Assembly (NCBI RefSeq): GCF_964355755.1
Contig: NC_092680.1
Coordinates: 9,424,001-9,488,000 of the forward strand
Source of the DNA: Antedon mediterranea
Taxonomy: Eukaryota; Animalia; Echinodermata
Reading direction: 5' to 3'
DNA: 64,000 nucleotides
The translations under genes were made by a program, and so were the position numbers. A model generated the notes under the pieces. It was not told where the DNA came from and searched no databases. It worked only from the letters and a program-made list of their open reading frames with translations. The first letter of the stretch is position 1. The number at the start of each line of letters is the position of its first letter. Below are positions 48,860-61,296 of this stretch, in pieces.

Positions 48860-51055
48860 GAACAGACGATCGGTGCCAAGGATGATCAGGGCCATCACAG
48901 AGACGATCGGGCCCATTATTGTATGTGCCCCTTTTATACGTTTGGCCCGATCGTCTTAGGCGTTGGGCCCGATAGTTTTAATTGTTGGGCCCGATAGTCT
49001 TAACATTGGGCTCGATAGCCAAGTGTATCGTTTGTAAATCCGGTCTATTATTATAGTTTATAATTGAGCTCTCGGCATACATACCGAGATGAGCTGAAAT
49101 ATTGTGTTAGTTTTTCCGTTGATTTACCTTTTCCGTTAAGTACTTATTTAACGGAGTATTTTAAGCATCTTAACGAAAAAGCGTTGTTACAGTTTTCTCC
49201 ATTTTCATACTTTTTTATCCTTATAAATAACCTAATTATATTTCCTGATTACATATATTTGATCAAATAATTATTGTTTTTATTTAGATTCACTAAACAT
49301 GCTCGTTATATGTACATGTTTTTGCTGACTGCGGGATTCCCCTTTTATATACAGTACATAAAACAACACGCATTTATAGTGTCAAATAGACAACATTTCC
49401 ATTTATATTTTTTATTAAATAATTTATTGAAATCAGATATACAGTTTGTTGTACAGTTTTTGTTAGCAAATATTTCTTCAACATACATGTTTTTAACCGG
49501 GACTTCCATTTTATATACATGCATATTAATAGTGTGTGTGTTAGTTCATAGATTAAGTTTTATTTTGCAAAGAATCATTATTGAAGCATGTAAACTTTGT
49601 TTGTGCTGTAGCTCATTTGGTACTCCAGGTAATTTGTTATGCAAATTAGGCTTGCCTAGTATGCTGTTGTACTTGATAGTGTGAAGTGCTATCTGTATTG
49701 AGGCTTGATTATATGCTGTTAACTAGCATAGGCTAGTACTGTAGCTGTTCAGTTTTTAGTTGCACTTTAGAGGCATCTTTGGCGAGTCTTATACACAACT
49801 TTGATTTATGTACACCTTAATAATAATAAGTATGATAAGACTTATAAGCTTGCTTTCTATTGCAGTGTTGTAGTTAGGCCTGATAGGCTAGGCTATAGTC
49901 TTATGTACAGTATAAAGGTACTGCATGCATGGAGGTATCCCTGCATGTTAGTACTCAACATTTATTTGACAATTATAGTCAATCAGGATTCAGGAATAAA
50001 AGAAAATGAATTGCAAACTTGCCTTGAAGTTTATTGATCAGCTACAGTGTGTGAAATAGACAATAATTATTTATTATTTAATCAAATTATTAATTCTTTG
50101 ATACTATACAGTATTTTTTTCTTGATTAATAAAAAAAATGATTGTTTTAAAATTTATTAGTATGATGTTATACGTTCAAAACAATTTACTGTTCCAAAAA
50201 CCTTTCATTCAAAACCTTTTATTCAAAACATTTTATTCAAAACATTTCGTTCAAAATATTCAATTCAAAACATTTCATTCATATATCACGCCATTCAATT
50301 CATATCGATGCATTTCATTCACATAACACGTCATAAAATTCATATCATCGATATAATATTTTGTTAAATTAACACTTTAAATTGATTGACAGGTCGTGGT
50401 AGTTCTTGGTCTTTAGGAGGACACGGATTTTACGGTCTGTTGCATCTCGATAATCTCCGTGACGTGTGTTTCGAAAGCTGCCTAATATATCCACTTGTTT
50501 TGTGGGAAATGTCCCCCTTTATTTTTACATGTTTTGAGCCAGCCAGGCCTAAATGGTATGCCTCAAGTATATGTAGGCCTAGGCCTGCCGCCTAGTTTAT
50601 TGCATTATTTTGTACCACGCACTCGACATTTAATTTTATTAGTATGATGTTATACGTTCCAAACAATTTACTGTTCCAAAAACCTTTCATTCAAAACGTT
50701 TTATTCAAAACATTTTATTCAAAACATTTCATTCAAAACATTTCGTTCAAAATATTCAATTCAAAACATTTCATTCATATATCACGCCATTCAATTCATA
50801 TCGATGCATTTCATTCACATAAATGGTGAATATAAATGAAATCCAAATCGTTTTCTTGGACCCGGTCGTCTTTCCTATTATTATATTGGGCCCGATCGTC
50901 TAAATATATTGGCTCGAACGACAACACGGTTGGCCCCGCACGTCCACACGGGACGGACGGGTTGGTATCCGATCGTCTTAAAAATGAAAAAGCCTGATCG
51001 TCGGTCAACAATCGAAACGAATGAAATCGTCCGCACGAATTGCCGAATTGTCTTG
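48860..51055. mobile_element. Composite repeat bounded by GACGATCGGGCC-type subterminal repeats, with an internal ~175-bp direct duplication
   Basis: gacgatcgg / gggcccgat repeats at 48866-49020 and 50888-51003; 50152-50325 is duplicated at 50635-50820 and is rich in tcaaaacattt. Confidence 0.5.
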
Positions 51056-51414
51056 GTATATATAATTAATACAGGCTAGCCTGGCCTGCTACATGCCGCT
51101 AGGCCTACCAAGTACCAAGCCAGGCTTATTGATATTATATTTAAGTTATCTCATTTCAGCTTTACTTACAATTAATTCAATTTTCTGGAAAAAATCAGCG
51201 TTTTTATACACACGTGTGTTGTGTGTGAAAAAGCAATCTCGCGACGTATTTTATGTTGAAGATCGATCGAGTATCGATTTTTCACGGCCGGCCGAGGTCA
51301 AAGTTTACATCATGTACGTACGTCACCTTCTTCACGTCACGCGAGTAAATTTCACAACAAACAAGAGTGTTTTTTGTTGTTTTTTTGTATTTAAAATTCA
51401 ATATTTACTCAAAA

Positions 51415-52064
51415 ATGGTGTGTATTTCATGTATAGTAATACCTTTGTTTCTCTGGCTATGGCATCGATTTCTTCAGCCATACGTTGTACCTTACTTACC
51501 GGTAAAAATACAGACGTATTTAACGTCTAAAGCTAAGCCCACCAAACCAGACTCGGACAACAACAAGACATTTGCAAATGGCACAACGGAGACAGCGGCA
51601 ACGAACAGTGTAAGTGGGGTAGGTCGCGCCGGGCAAGATGGAATGTTAAGCATATTATCTTATTATGATAAAGTTAATATCTTTAATGATACGATATTGA
51701 TTTTGTAGTGTAGAGTGTGTAGAATACAACTTTAATTTGATTGAAATTTGAATTAAAAAAAATCGTCATTAACATTATTGTGTCTTTGTTTTGACAAACA
51801 ATAGAAATAAATAGGCCTAGGCCTAGCCAATATTATAAAATACAATTCAACTACAGACAGTACAACTATGATAATAAACGTCTATTTATTAATTATTAGA
51901 TACTAGGCTATTTGATAATACTAGTACTAGGCCTAGTAGTAGCCTACACTAGTAAATTAGTGACTAAATTTTATTTTACATGTTTTTTTTAACTGTAGGA
52001 CTGCAAAGAAAATAAGTCTATATCAAATGGGACAACATTGGAAGCAGACAAAAAGAATGAATAA
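51415..52064 (+). CDS. C18orf32: UPF0729 protein, C18orf32 homolog; exons 51415-51609 and 51999-52064; 86 aa
   Basis: The N-terminus MVCISCIVIPLFLWLWHRFLQPYVVP matches the family MVCIPCIVIPxLLW motif. Donor gtaagt at 51610, acceptor tag at 51996-98, C-terminal DKKNE*. Confidence 0.88.
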
Positions 52065-53076
52065 AACAGCACATTTATTACAAATACTTTGGATGCAATT
52101 AAATCAAAAGAAACTGAAAGAACAGACAAATGATGGAGTATAAACCAAATTAAATTTGTGAATGAGAAAGACATTTTTTGTCTCTATTTACCTTACCTTA
52201 TTCATCTCGGCCTAGTCCAAGTTGTTTCTGTTTATATTTTCAATATTATGGGTGTTGGTTGTTATAAGTACTGTAACCTTTGTTTGTATTTAAATTTGTA
52301 TAATATTTACTTAATTCTAAACTGTATTTTGACTTATTATTGGTAACAAAAGATAATATTTTGCCATAAATGGCGTTTTATACACATAATACTTGAGCTG
52401 GAAATGCAATTTACAGACCAAAATGGAAACGCTGACTGCAATAAAAAAAACGACAATAACTAGAGACTTGGTTTTCGTCTTCTGTACCATTATTTCAATC
52501 TTCTCTATTTTAGTAAAATATTATCTAGTAGATTGAGTGACAGAGCATAAATAGATAAGTTTTTGTACGGATCTTGTACAAGTTATTTTCTAAATTGTCA
52601 CTTTTCGGAGGAGAATAATTTGGTTTTATTTCATTTACAGAATAAATCTTTATTATAATTATATATTATTGTTTTATACAGTATCACTTCATTAAAAACC
52701 TTTGTTTGACACTGTTTTTGTTTATTTTCTTATTTTGTAACTTTTCCAATTTATCTGTATGAAGGTGTAGGCCTAAATCTATTTATCTATTTAAATATAT
52801 TTTAGGATCCAAAGGAGAAGAAGCAAATTGTAAAATGGGAACGAAAATACAGGCGGTTCATCTTAAGCTACAAACTGTGCAAAATACCAGTAATAACCTT
52901 ACCATTTACAACACTTTCCACCCACATTTACTGTATATTATTTACAAAAAGAACATCAAATACAACTGCAATAGCTTGAAGCCGCGTTTTTTTTTATATC
53001 ATCATGCCCAGTATGAGAAGATTCCACTATGCAACAATAAAATGAGTAATAATATACAAATAAGGAATGTTTATTA

Positions 53077-53260
53077 GTGTAATGGTACAAATAACTGCAT
53101 GAGGTAAATGATGAAAGGTGATATTTCAACGAGGCGAAGCCAGGTTGATATATTACTTTTCATCATTCACCAAATGCCATTATTTGTACCATTACACGAA
53201 TATAAAACATTTATTTGTTTATATAACATCTGAATAGATTCCCGTCATTTGAATCAAATA
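53077..53260. repeat. Palindromic dispersed repeat, also at 33770-33930
   Basis: gtgtaatggtacaaataa ... ttatttgtaccattacac in both copies. Confidence 0.7.
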
Positions 53261-54780
53261 AAAGGTATGCCTAGCCAAAGTCTACATTTCATTTGATTCA
53301 CATTGATTAAAACGGTAACATTCGGTTTTTATTTATTAAATATTAATACTGGAACTCATCTAGGCTAATTATGTTTTTTCCAACGATTACACGTCATGTA
53401 CACTTGTCCTAAAAACGATCAAAAACGATAAAATGTAAATTAGTAGCCTACAATATATATCTAAAAAAAATGTGCTTTTATCGCGAAACCAGTCATTATA
53501 AGATTCGGGACGAAACAGGTGGCGCTGTTGTATTTCAAAAGCAAAAGTATAAAAAAGTATAATATAATACAGATTTTTTTTTCGTACACGAAAAAAGTAC
53601 TATTAAACTAATAATACAATAAGAGTGAATAAGACACAGTATTTATTACAAATAAAAGACACTGGTATTGGGCAGGGAAAACCAAAATATACACTAACAA
53701 GGCGCAATGGAACCACACTCGAAATCGGATGAAGTAATAGATACATTAAATTAAAAGATCAATAAATTAATAAGAATTTACCCTACCTTATAATTTAAAG
53801 TTGGTTTTACTACACATATTTTAAATAACACCTTTGCAGTTATTCTATTTGTTCCAAAGTTACCATCCTAGGGGGACAGTGAGGGGTGGTTTTAACCAGG
53901 GTGAAATTCTCTCCTGAGTTAAAACCAGCTAACAAGATCTCACTCTTCCCTGGTTTTATCCAAGAATATCTACAAGTATTGTTTTAATCATATTATGTTC
54001 AATTGCCTCTTGAACTTATGTACATTACCAAATGCATTGGTTTGTGAAGTGAAATGTAACGTGCTGACAAAATTTATTCATTTATACCATACTACTAAAA
54101 AACATTCATTATATTAAAAAGACTCGCATAACACCCTTTCTAAAACGACAGTCAAAATGAAAATGTGTAATTTTAATCATGTTTGTGCTTATAATTTATA
54201 TAGAGACAAAACAGTTACAATGCGTCGATTTGTCAAATGTCGCAAGAATTAATTAAGAATGGTGATTGCAGAAAATGTGATTACACCGCTAATTTTACAG
54301 GCCTCTGACCAAAATAGGTGAAAACAAATAAAAAAGAATGGATAGCTAAGTCTGTCTAAATTGCATCTCCTTCAAACTCATGACCTTTTGTATAATCAGA
54401 GAGGAATTCGATATAGCTCCGGATTTCTATTATTTATTTTAAAATAAATACCCTTACTACAACATTGGTAATTAATAACAAATTATTTTCCAACAACGGC
54501 GAAGCAGAACTAAGCACATATTTAAAAAGTGGTGCCATAATATAATTTTTTTCACCAAAATTGACTTAAAGAACAATCAAGTTTACATAAGAAAATACTA
54601 TTTTCATTATCGGTTAACGATTTTAATTACGGACGGAAATACCCTTTTAAAATGTATTTTCACACAACAAGATATGGTTTAACAAAGCCACATAATAAAA
54701 TGATCAGGTAATATTTATACTTCTTTTTCTATGAAGAATTTGTCGATGGTGTCGGGAATAAATATATTTGCCCCGTTAAT

Positions 54781-57700
54781 CTATTTTAATTTCAAATACT
54801 GAAGTGTTGTGGCTTTATTCAATTCGGTTACAAAATGGCAGCCGTCATAAAGATGGACTCCGATGCAATAACATTGTCGTAAGCATAACTTTGCGCATCT
54901 GAAGTAAGCGGCGTCAGGGGAAATTTTAAGTCCATTATTATATCGGTAAAATCCACACGTTTTCCGTTCTGCAATAAATAGAAGAATTGTTAAACAATTA
55001 TCTTGCATATTCCTTTTATTTACTTTATTGTGTTTATATTTTGAATGTCATAACATTAATTTTGATTAGGCCTACGGTACAGAATATTCGTCATAGAATC
55101 TTGAACTTACTGCGTTCACAAATGTATCCCGTCGTTTGACTATTTAAGTCTGAAGTGGAATTCACGTCAAGTAATTGACTAACTGTCGAGTCAATTCTAA
55201 CTCCGCAGTGCGTTGATGGTAGTTCATTTGGCTCCGTCCAGCTGCTCACAAACCAAGGAATAGAAGAATCAAATGCTTCCCCTGTTTCCCACTTCCAGTT
55301 GGAATCGATGTCCCTGTCCAGCCCTGGTTGACGAGATAACCCGATTGCGTACAGTCCTGGTTCGTGGTGATTCACGTGGTTTAGAACGGCGCTTACCTCA
55401 TCGGTCGTCGTTGTAAAGCTTGCAAGGTAGCCACAAGATGACTCGCATGTAGCCTTCACATCCTCCCAAGTTAGCTTCTGCTGGCCGATTAAAGTAATAG
55501 TGTACTGCGAACAATTATACCAGAATGTACGACCTTTAAATAAAGTAATAGTAATGATAAATTACCTACCGGATTGGTTTCATCGATATTTTAAACAGTG
55601 CCATGTTCGTTGTTTAGGCATCGGAGATCCTCATATCATGTCATAATGGGCCTTATACATTGGATCTAATTTATAGAGCATTCTGTTGATATCTTGGTGG
55701 GCTGCTACGATGACCAAATTAGAATTCATATTATATCAGAACTGTCAGTCAATGTTACAAATATTTTATTTTTTATATACAAAAAACAATTACAACAACT
55801 CAGAAACACTTAAATTACGACGAAACAGAAAGATTGGAATTAAAAATGTCGATATGGGGATGGGCCTGGACTAAACTATTATAAGATAAACTTAATTTAA
55901 GAGCATTGACTCTACTAAAGGGAACAAACAGGATATTGTTGTTTCTTAAATTACGGACGAGAACACGAAAACCGAAATTGGAGATAAAAGAGAATGAAGA
56001 CATTTAAAAAGAAAAATAAGACCACTGTGACATCTTTTAAGAACCCAAGTGGAAATAAGATTTAATTTTTTAAATGTTCTTTGTAACAAAGACTGTTCTG
56101 TTATTTTGTTTATTTGTTTTTAACCCTTGATTATTGAATATTCACCCGATTCCCAGTGCTGTATCTCCACATTCGTTTCGTTTATTAGTATTTATTTGAC
56201 CAGCATAAAATCGATACAATATATATTTTTTTAACTTAGCAGTTTAAGCAGTCAGCTACCCCTCCTATACTATCTATCGAAGTATCAAATGAATATTTGG
56301 TAATACAGCATCTCATTTATATCACATGTGGTGCCTGTATGCTCAGCACGGTCTTTTTCTGCCTTAATAATGTGGTTGTACACTTTGCATGGGCAAGTAA
56401 TAACAGCGAAGTCCGATAAAAGTACTTTGACAAATTATTAAAATAAAAACAAATTGTACCAAAAATAAAATTCGGAACTATTGTATTTACAGCGGCCATT
56501 GATTTTATTATACACTATCCTACACTTTGAAATATATGTAAACGACTAAAAAATGAAAGCAATACTGGATATGGAACTTAATATTTTACTGTTGACTGTT
56601 TGACTTTGCGAAAATAAAAGACTCTAAAGAAAAATTGTGCTGTGTGAATTAGATGATGCGCGCAAACACTAACGAACGAAATTATATTAATTTGGTTTTT
56701 TTTTGTTGGTGTATTAATTATTTGATACATATGCCTACAGATAAAAAGTAAAAAAAAGAAAAGTTTAACATCAATCGATTGAAAAATACATTGCTGCGGA
56801 AACACGATATTGTTAAGTGTTCAACAATATATAAAACCATTTGGAAACGTTTTGTTTGTGTGTGTTCATTTTTATTCGCTTACATTTTATTTTTATTTCA
56901 ATGGTTTCGATATTTTACAATTTGTTGTGTGAGATATTTGTTAGCTACCGGTATTTGCTTCTTCTGTAATTAAATTGTGGTCTATAGCAGTAACGGGTGC
57001 TCCGCACGGTCTTGTCTGCCATAATAATAATTTGCATGGGATGAAAGCGCAATACTGGATATGGAATATGAAATTGACAACGTGCGTGACAGGTGCACGT
57101 TGAAGTATGTAAATCAGTCAGCAGATTAAAAATTTTTAATGATAAAATTTGAATATATAGTTATAGAACTACAGCTGCTTACGGACACAAAAAGTACCGA
57201 AATTAAATGTTGCGCTCAGACTTTTTTTTTAGAAACACGACACCCATTTGGATTCGTTTTATTTGTGTGGGTGTGAGCTTTTGTATCTTTTTTTGCTAGT
57301 TTTGTAATTACATTGTGATCTAGTTTTGATTTCTAGCTTTAACCGGTGATGCATTTCGCGGATTCAATTCGAACGTACTCTAAGCATTGATATCAATGGC
57401 CACGGCGTTTTACTCACAGAGCCAAACCGTGATTTACGTCATTCTGTTCAAGAATAGGTATAATTAATTAAAACTTCAACGACGCGATCATTCGATAGGT
57501 TGACTAGGGACTGTTTTTATATCATCCCGGCATGGTATTTTTCATCATTAATTGCATATTAAATTTAAAAAAAATAATTTCGACAATCAAACAAATTATG
57601 GCATTTTCTTGGGCCGAAACATTAACATTAGCTTTCTTCTTTTAAGTATATACTTAGTGCATTATTTAAAAAAAAATTAAAGATGTCATCATAGGAAAAA

Positions 57701-58910
57701 AATTATAATTCATTGCCGTATGTAATAATCTATCTGCACCAAATAGGTTACTGCCTAGTAAATACACGGAGGAATCTTTCTTTAACTTTTAGTCAGTTGA
57801 CTCGGTGGTCTGTGCATCTAAATGATTGATATCGATTAACATATTCTAATTTGGTATATTCTTCAATCCTTATGCCATTGAGTTGGTTACATGTGAAAGA
57901 AAATGTTGAATGTATTCTAAACCATTCTTACACATTTTACAGATACCATCATAATCGGGAAGCCACTTACAACTCCTATGACCTAAAGGAACGTGGCTTG
58001 AATTTAAGGCTAGCACCTAGAAATTCTGTACTATCCAATAAATATTTTTCAAGGCACGGATTAGACTTATGAGAGTATGTCTGAAGTGACGATTTTCTTA
58101 GCATTTCACTTTTCCAAAATGCAATGTTTGTGTCATACATCACCTCTTTAAATATCTTAACCCACTGACTATCAAGGTCATTGCCAAGGTAGGAAGTTTC
58201 GAAAATCGAGTCGATGTCCATATTAATAGACGCACACAAAACTAGGGATCAGTTAATAGCGTGGTTCTACATTTGTAGTTGAACTTAGACACGCATTAAG
58301 CATAAAGTTAGGCCAACGGTGTTTATCCATGTTTATAATTAATCAATTTGGCTCTAGATATATCTTGAATAACTTTAATTGGAACACATCAAGGTCTCTT
58401 TAGGTGTACTTCTACTAGCTTTTAAAATGTATCGCGCCATTTGTAATTGAAGTGTCGACTCAGTTTTATCAATATCTTTCCTGCTTTGGCTGACCCACAC
58501 TGAACAAGCATACTTTATTGGAGGAAGAGCAATTGTTTTCCATAGAATGTCACCATAGAAAATTCTACTAAAATTATCAAATCGGTTTTTAATTGACTTA
58601 ATATAAGCAATGACTCTATTGCCTTTATTGATGATTTGGTCGATGTGAAAATGATCTGAAATATTTCTTGATTTGTAAGTACCAAGATATTTATAGGTTT
58701 CTACCTCAGAAATATATTGATCGGCCAATTTCCACATCTTATTGTTTACACGCTGTCCAACGATAAGGAACTTCGACTATATTATTATTTTATTATTGTG
58801 TATATTACTGTCTGATAAATATTTAATAATATTCAAACGAAAAATGAATACTCACATTTTACCAGTTGTACCAAGATGGAAAGGAGGATAAATATAAAGT
58901 TCAACTCCAT
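54781..58910 (-). CDS. Secreted C-type lectin domain protein with a Cys-rich (PAN/apple-like) tail; exons 58910-58856, 55533-55111, 54968-54781; ~221 aa
   Basis: Signal-peptide exon MELNFIFILLSILVQLVK. CTLD exon with TWEDVKATC, GYLAS, YAIGL, WKWETGE, EPN, HCG, YICE. Last exon with C-x3-C...CxG...C spacing. All introns are phase 1 and GT-AG. The first-exon assignment is less certain. Confidence 0.72.
55111..55533 (-). CDS. C-type lectin domain exon
   Basis: aag|RTFWYNCSQY...YICER|gtaagt; 423 nt. Confidence 0.8.
57850..58770 (-). mobile_element. 5'-truncated, frameshifted LINE reverse-transcriptase C-terminal fragment in the lectin intron
   Basis: ORFs 58737-58375 and 58239-57976 contain EVETYKYLG (RT thumb motif) and ...LQMARYILKASRSTP; reading frames are broken. 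Confidence 0.7.
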
Positions 58911-59069
58911 GACGTCATTCAAAAACTTTAAGAGAAAGTAATAATAATATAATAAATATTATTATTTTGATTTAATTAATTTAATATGATATTTATTTGA
59001 ATTTTAATTTAAATTTATCATCACCTAAAGTGACCATACTTTACCATTAAACAGGGCTGACAGACATAA

Positions 59070-61282
59070 ACTAATACTAGATTTGAACTCGTCACTTTGA
59101 CGAGTTCGGGTTATCCGCGGAAATGCACATATGTTGCATATATGTTAGACTATATGAACGTCGACAATTATTATGCCATCCTATGACATGAATTAAATAT
59201 GTTTACAGTGCTGAATTGTACCTATTTTGTGTCATACAGCATATTACAGTATTTACAGAATACACTGTATATGTTATATACAGTGTAGCATAGATGAAAT
59301 TACGAGACTTATCTTTTAATCCAATTTTTAACACAATAACGTCATCAATTTTAGAAGTAAATTATCTATAAATTTACGTAGGTAAATTTATGAGCCCTTG
59401 GATAATAAACTTACAATTGAGATAGATAGTAATGCAATACTTTGACATTTGAATCGAAATTTTCTTACTGTGAATGTGGTTACTGTTAGATATATAAACA
59501 CATATACAAAGAACATTTATTACTGTGACTGTGGGTAGGCTTTACTGCTGGAAATATAAACACATAATATACAAATAAAAACTTTATTACTGACAGTTGC
59601 TTCTCAACGTTTGTATTAACTAATTATAAACAATATAAACGTCGTAGTGGTGTATCGTTACATGTACTTTACTATTTCAATCGCGTACCATCTAGTCTAA
59701 ATAATTACACTAATACACGTACACGGGCACGTAAAGTGAGATGCGCTCTCTTTTTAACGCGACAAACATTTACGAAAGAGAAGAAAATCAGAATTTGTTA
59801 ATTCAACTGGCAATATGATGACGTCATGACATCAGATAGACAACATTTTTATATGAATTCATATCTACAATTCAACAGCTTCCATAATAAGTTTTAATCA
59901 TGCGGGTAACTTTTCATTCCGAGGAGCTATGACAGATTAAAATATACTGTATAGATAAAATTAAGTCACGTTATTCTAATTTGTTTATATGATGATGTAA
60001 TAAACATTTTTGTAACGCATGTGAAAGATAATTGATTAAGAAAGAACATATTAAAATCTAGGAGAAAATAGGGTAAGCGAATAGGGATGCGCTCTCTTAC
60101 ATAAGATTTTAAACTAGTATACAAAAGAGAAAAAAAATCCTATTGTGGCCTTATGATGACGTCAGAAAATCCGGTAGATACACATTTTACATGTACAGTA
60201 TTGCTATCTACAACTCATCAGCTCCCATAATACATTTTAACCAGCCATCCTGAGGAGCATATAATCGATTAAAAATAGGTATATTTTTGCACAAATTTAG
60301 CACACGATCATTAAAGTTCAACGTAAACGTGCATCGTTATTGTGCAGTTAAAGTTCATCAACATGAATGAAATCTTCTACAGAAGGTATGAAAAACAAAA
60401 ATAAATTGCAAAAAACCCCATTTTTCTACGCTTTGTATGAGCTGTGCGCACATGTGCGTGCAAAAAACGTAAACCATTTTCAAAATTTTGGAATTCTAAA
60501 AAAAATGTACGCGAAATTGAGTATACATTAATTTGGCGCATTTTGAAATTTTAAATTCGTGTGCGCGCGTGATTTCTTGCTTAGCACGCTATATTTATCA
60601 TACCATAAATTGCTCCATATCATAAAGTCTAGTTTGGTAAAGTTTCATTTAAAAATATTTTTTAGTTCAGAATTTATGATCAACCATAACATTTCATAAA
60701 ATCGCGTGTAACTTAAGCTGCGAGACTTTGACGCCATATAACGAAGTTTCGTGCAAATCTACAGCTACAGGTCAATTTTTTATATTTTTTATATGTGAAT
60801 AAATATTATTTTTTTGTTACAGAAGTTATTACTCAATTTCTGTTACTTTAGTTAATTTTATTGCTAAGGTCAAGTCTGGGGGTCATTTCATCACCCTAGA
60901 GTGAAGTATCCTATTACAAACACAAACTTTAATGAACTGTTTTGATAATAATTCAATGAATATCTGACAATGAATTACAGTCAAAAGTCAGTATTATAGT
61001 CAAATGGGATAAATACCAGAAATGCTTTGGGATTTGTAATTTTAGCATGACATGTCCTAATATACTCTTTTCCCAGACGTTTTTAGGGTCTAGAATCCAT
61101 AAATTATAGTGGAGTTTCCATTTTCGCAAAACTGTCCTCCTTAGATACTATAGCTGCTGCTTACTTTAGCTTCTGATTGAGTAGTCCTAATGGGACGTTG
61201 CGGGCTAGAGCAGCAGCGTGAAAAAAAGAAAAAGATCCTGACAATAACAGGGGGTTATCCGCCAAGTGCAGATAACCAATAA
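59070..61282 (-). mobile_element. HINE/Helentron-like element (inverted copy of 34720-35940) carrying nested inserts
   Basis: ctagattt followed by the hairpin gaactcgtca-ctt-tgacgagttc at 59077-59107; ggttatccgccaagtgcagataacc at 61253-61277. Confidence 0.7.
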
Positions 61283-61296
61283 CAACACGGTATTAA

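Noticed and set aside
49064-51530. Cluster of ORFs of 60-145 aa
   Set aside because: Low-complexity hydrophobic translations of AT-rich repeat sequence with no recognisable motifs. The only real coding part starts at 51415 in a different ORF (C18orf32).
56146-56200. Possible extra lectin exon (CQINTNKRNECGDTALGI)
   Set aside because: The acceptor would be TG rather than AG, and 55 nt breaks the phase-1/phase-1 frame. Exon 1 splices in frame directly to the CTLD exon.
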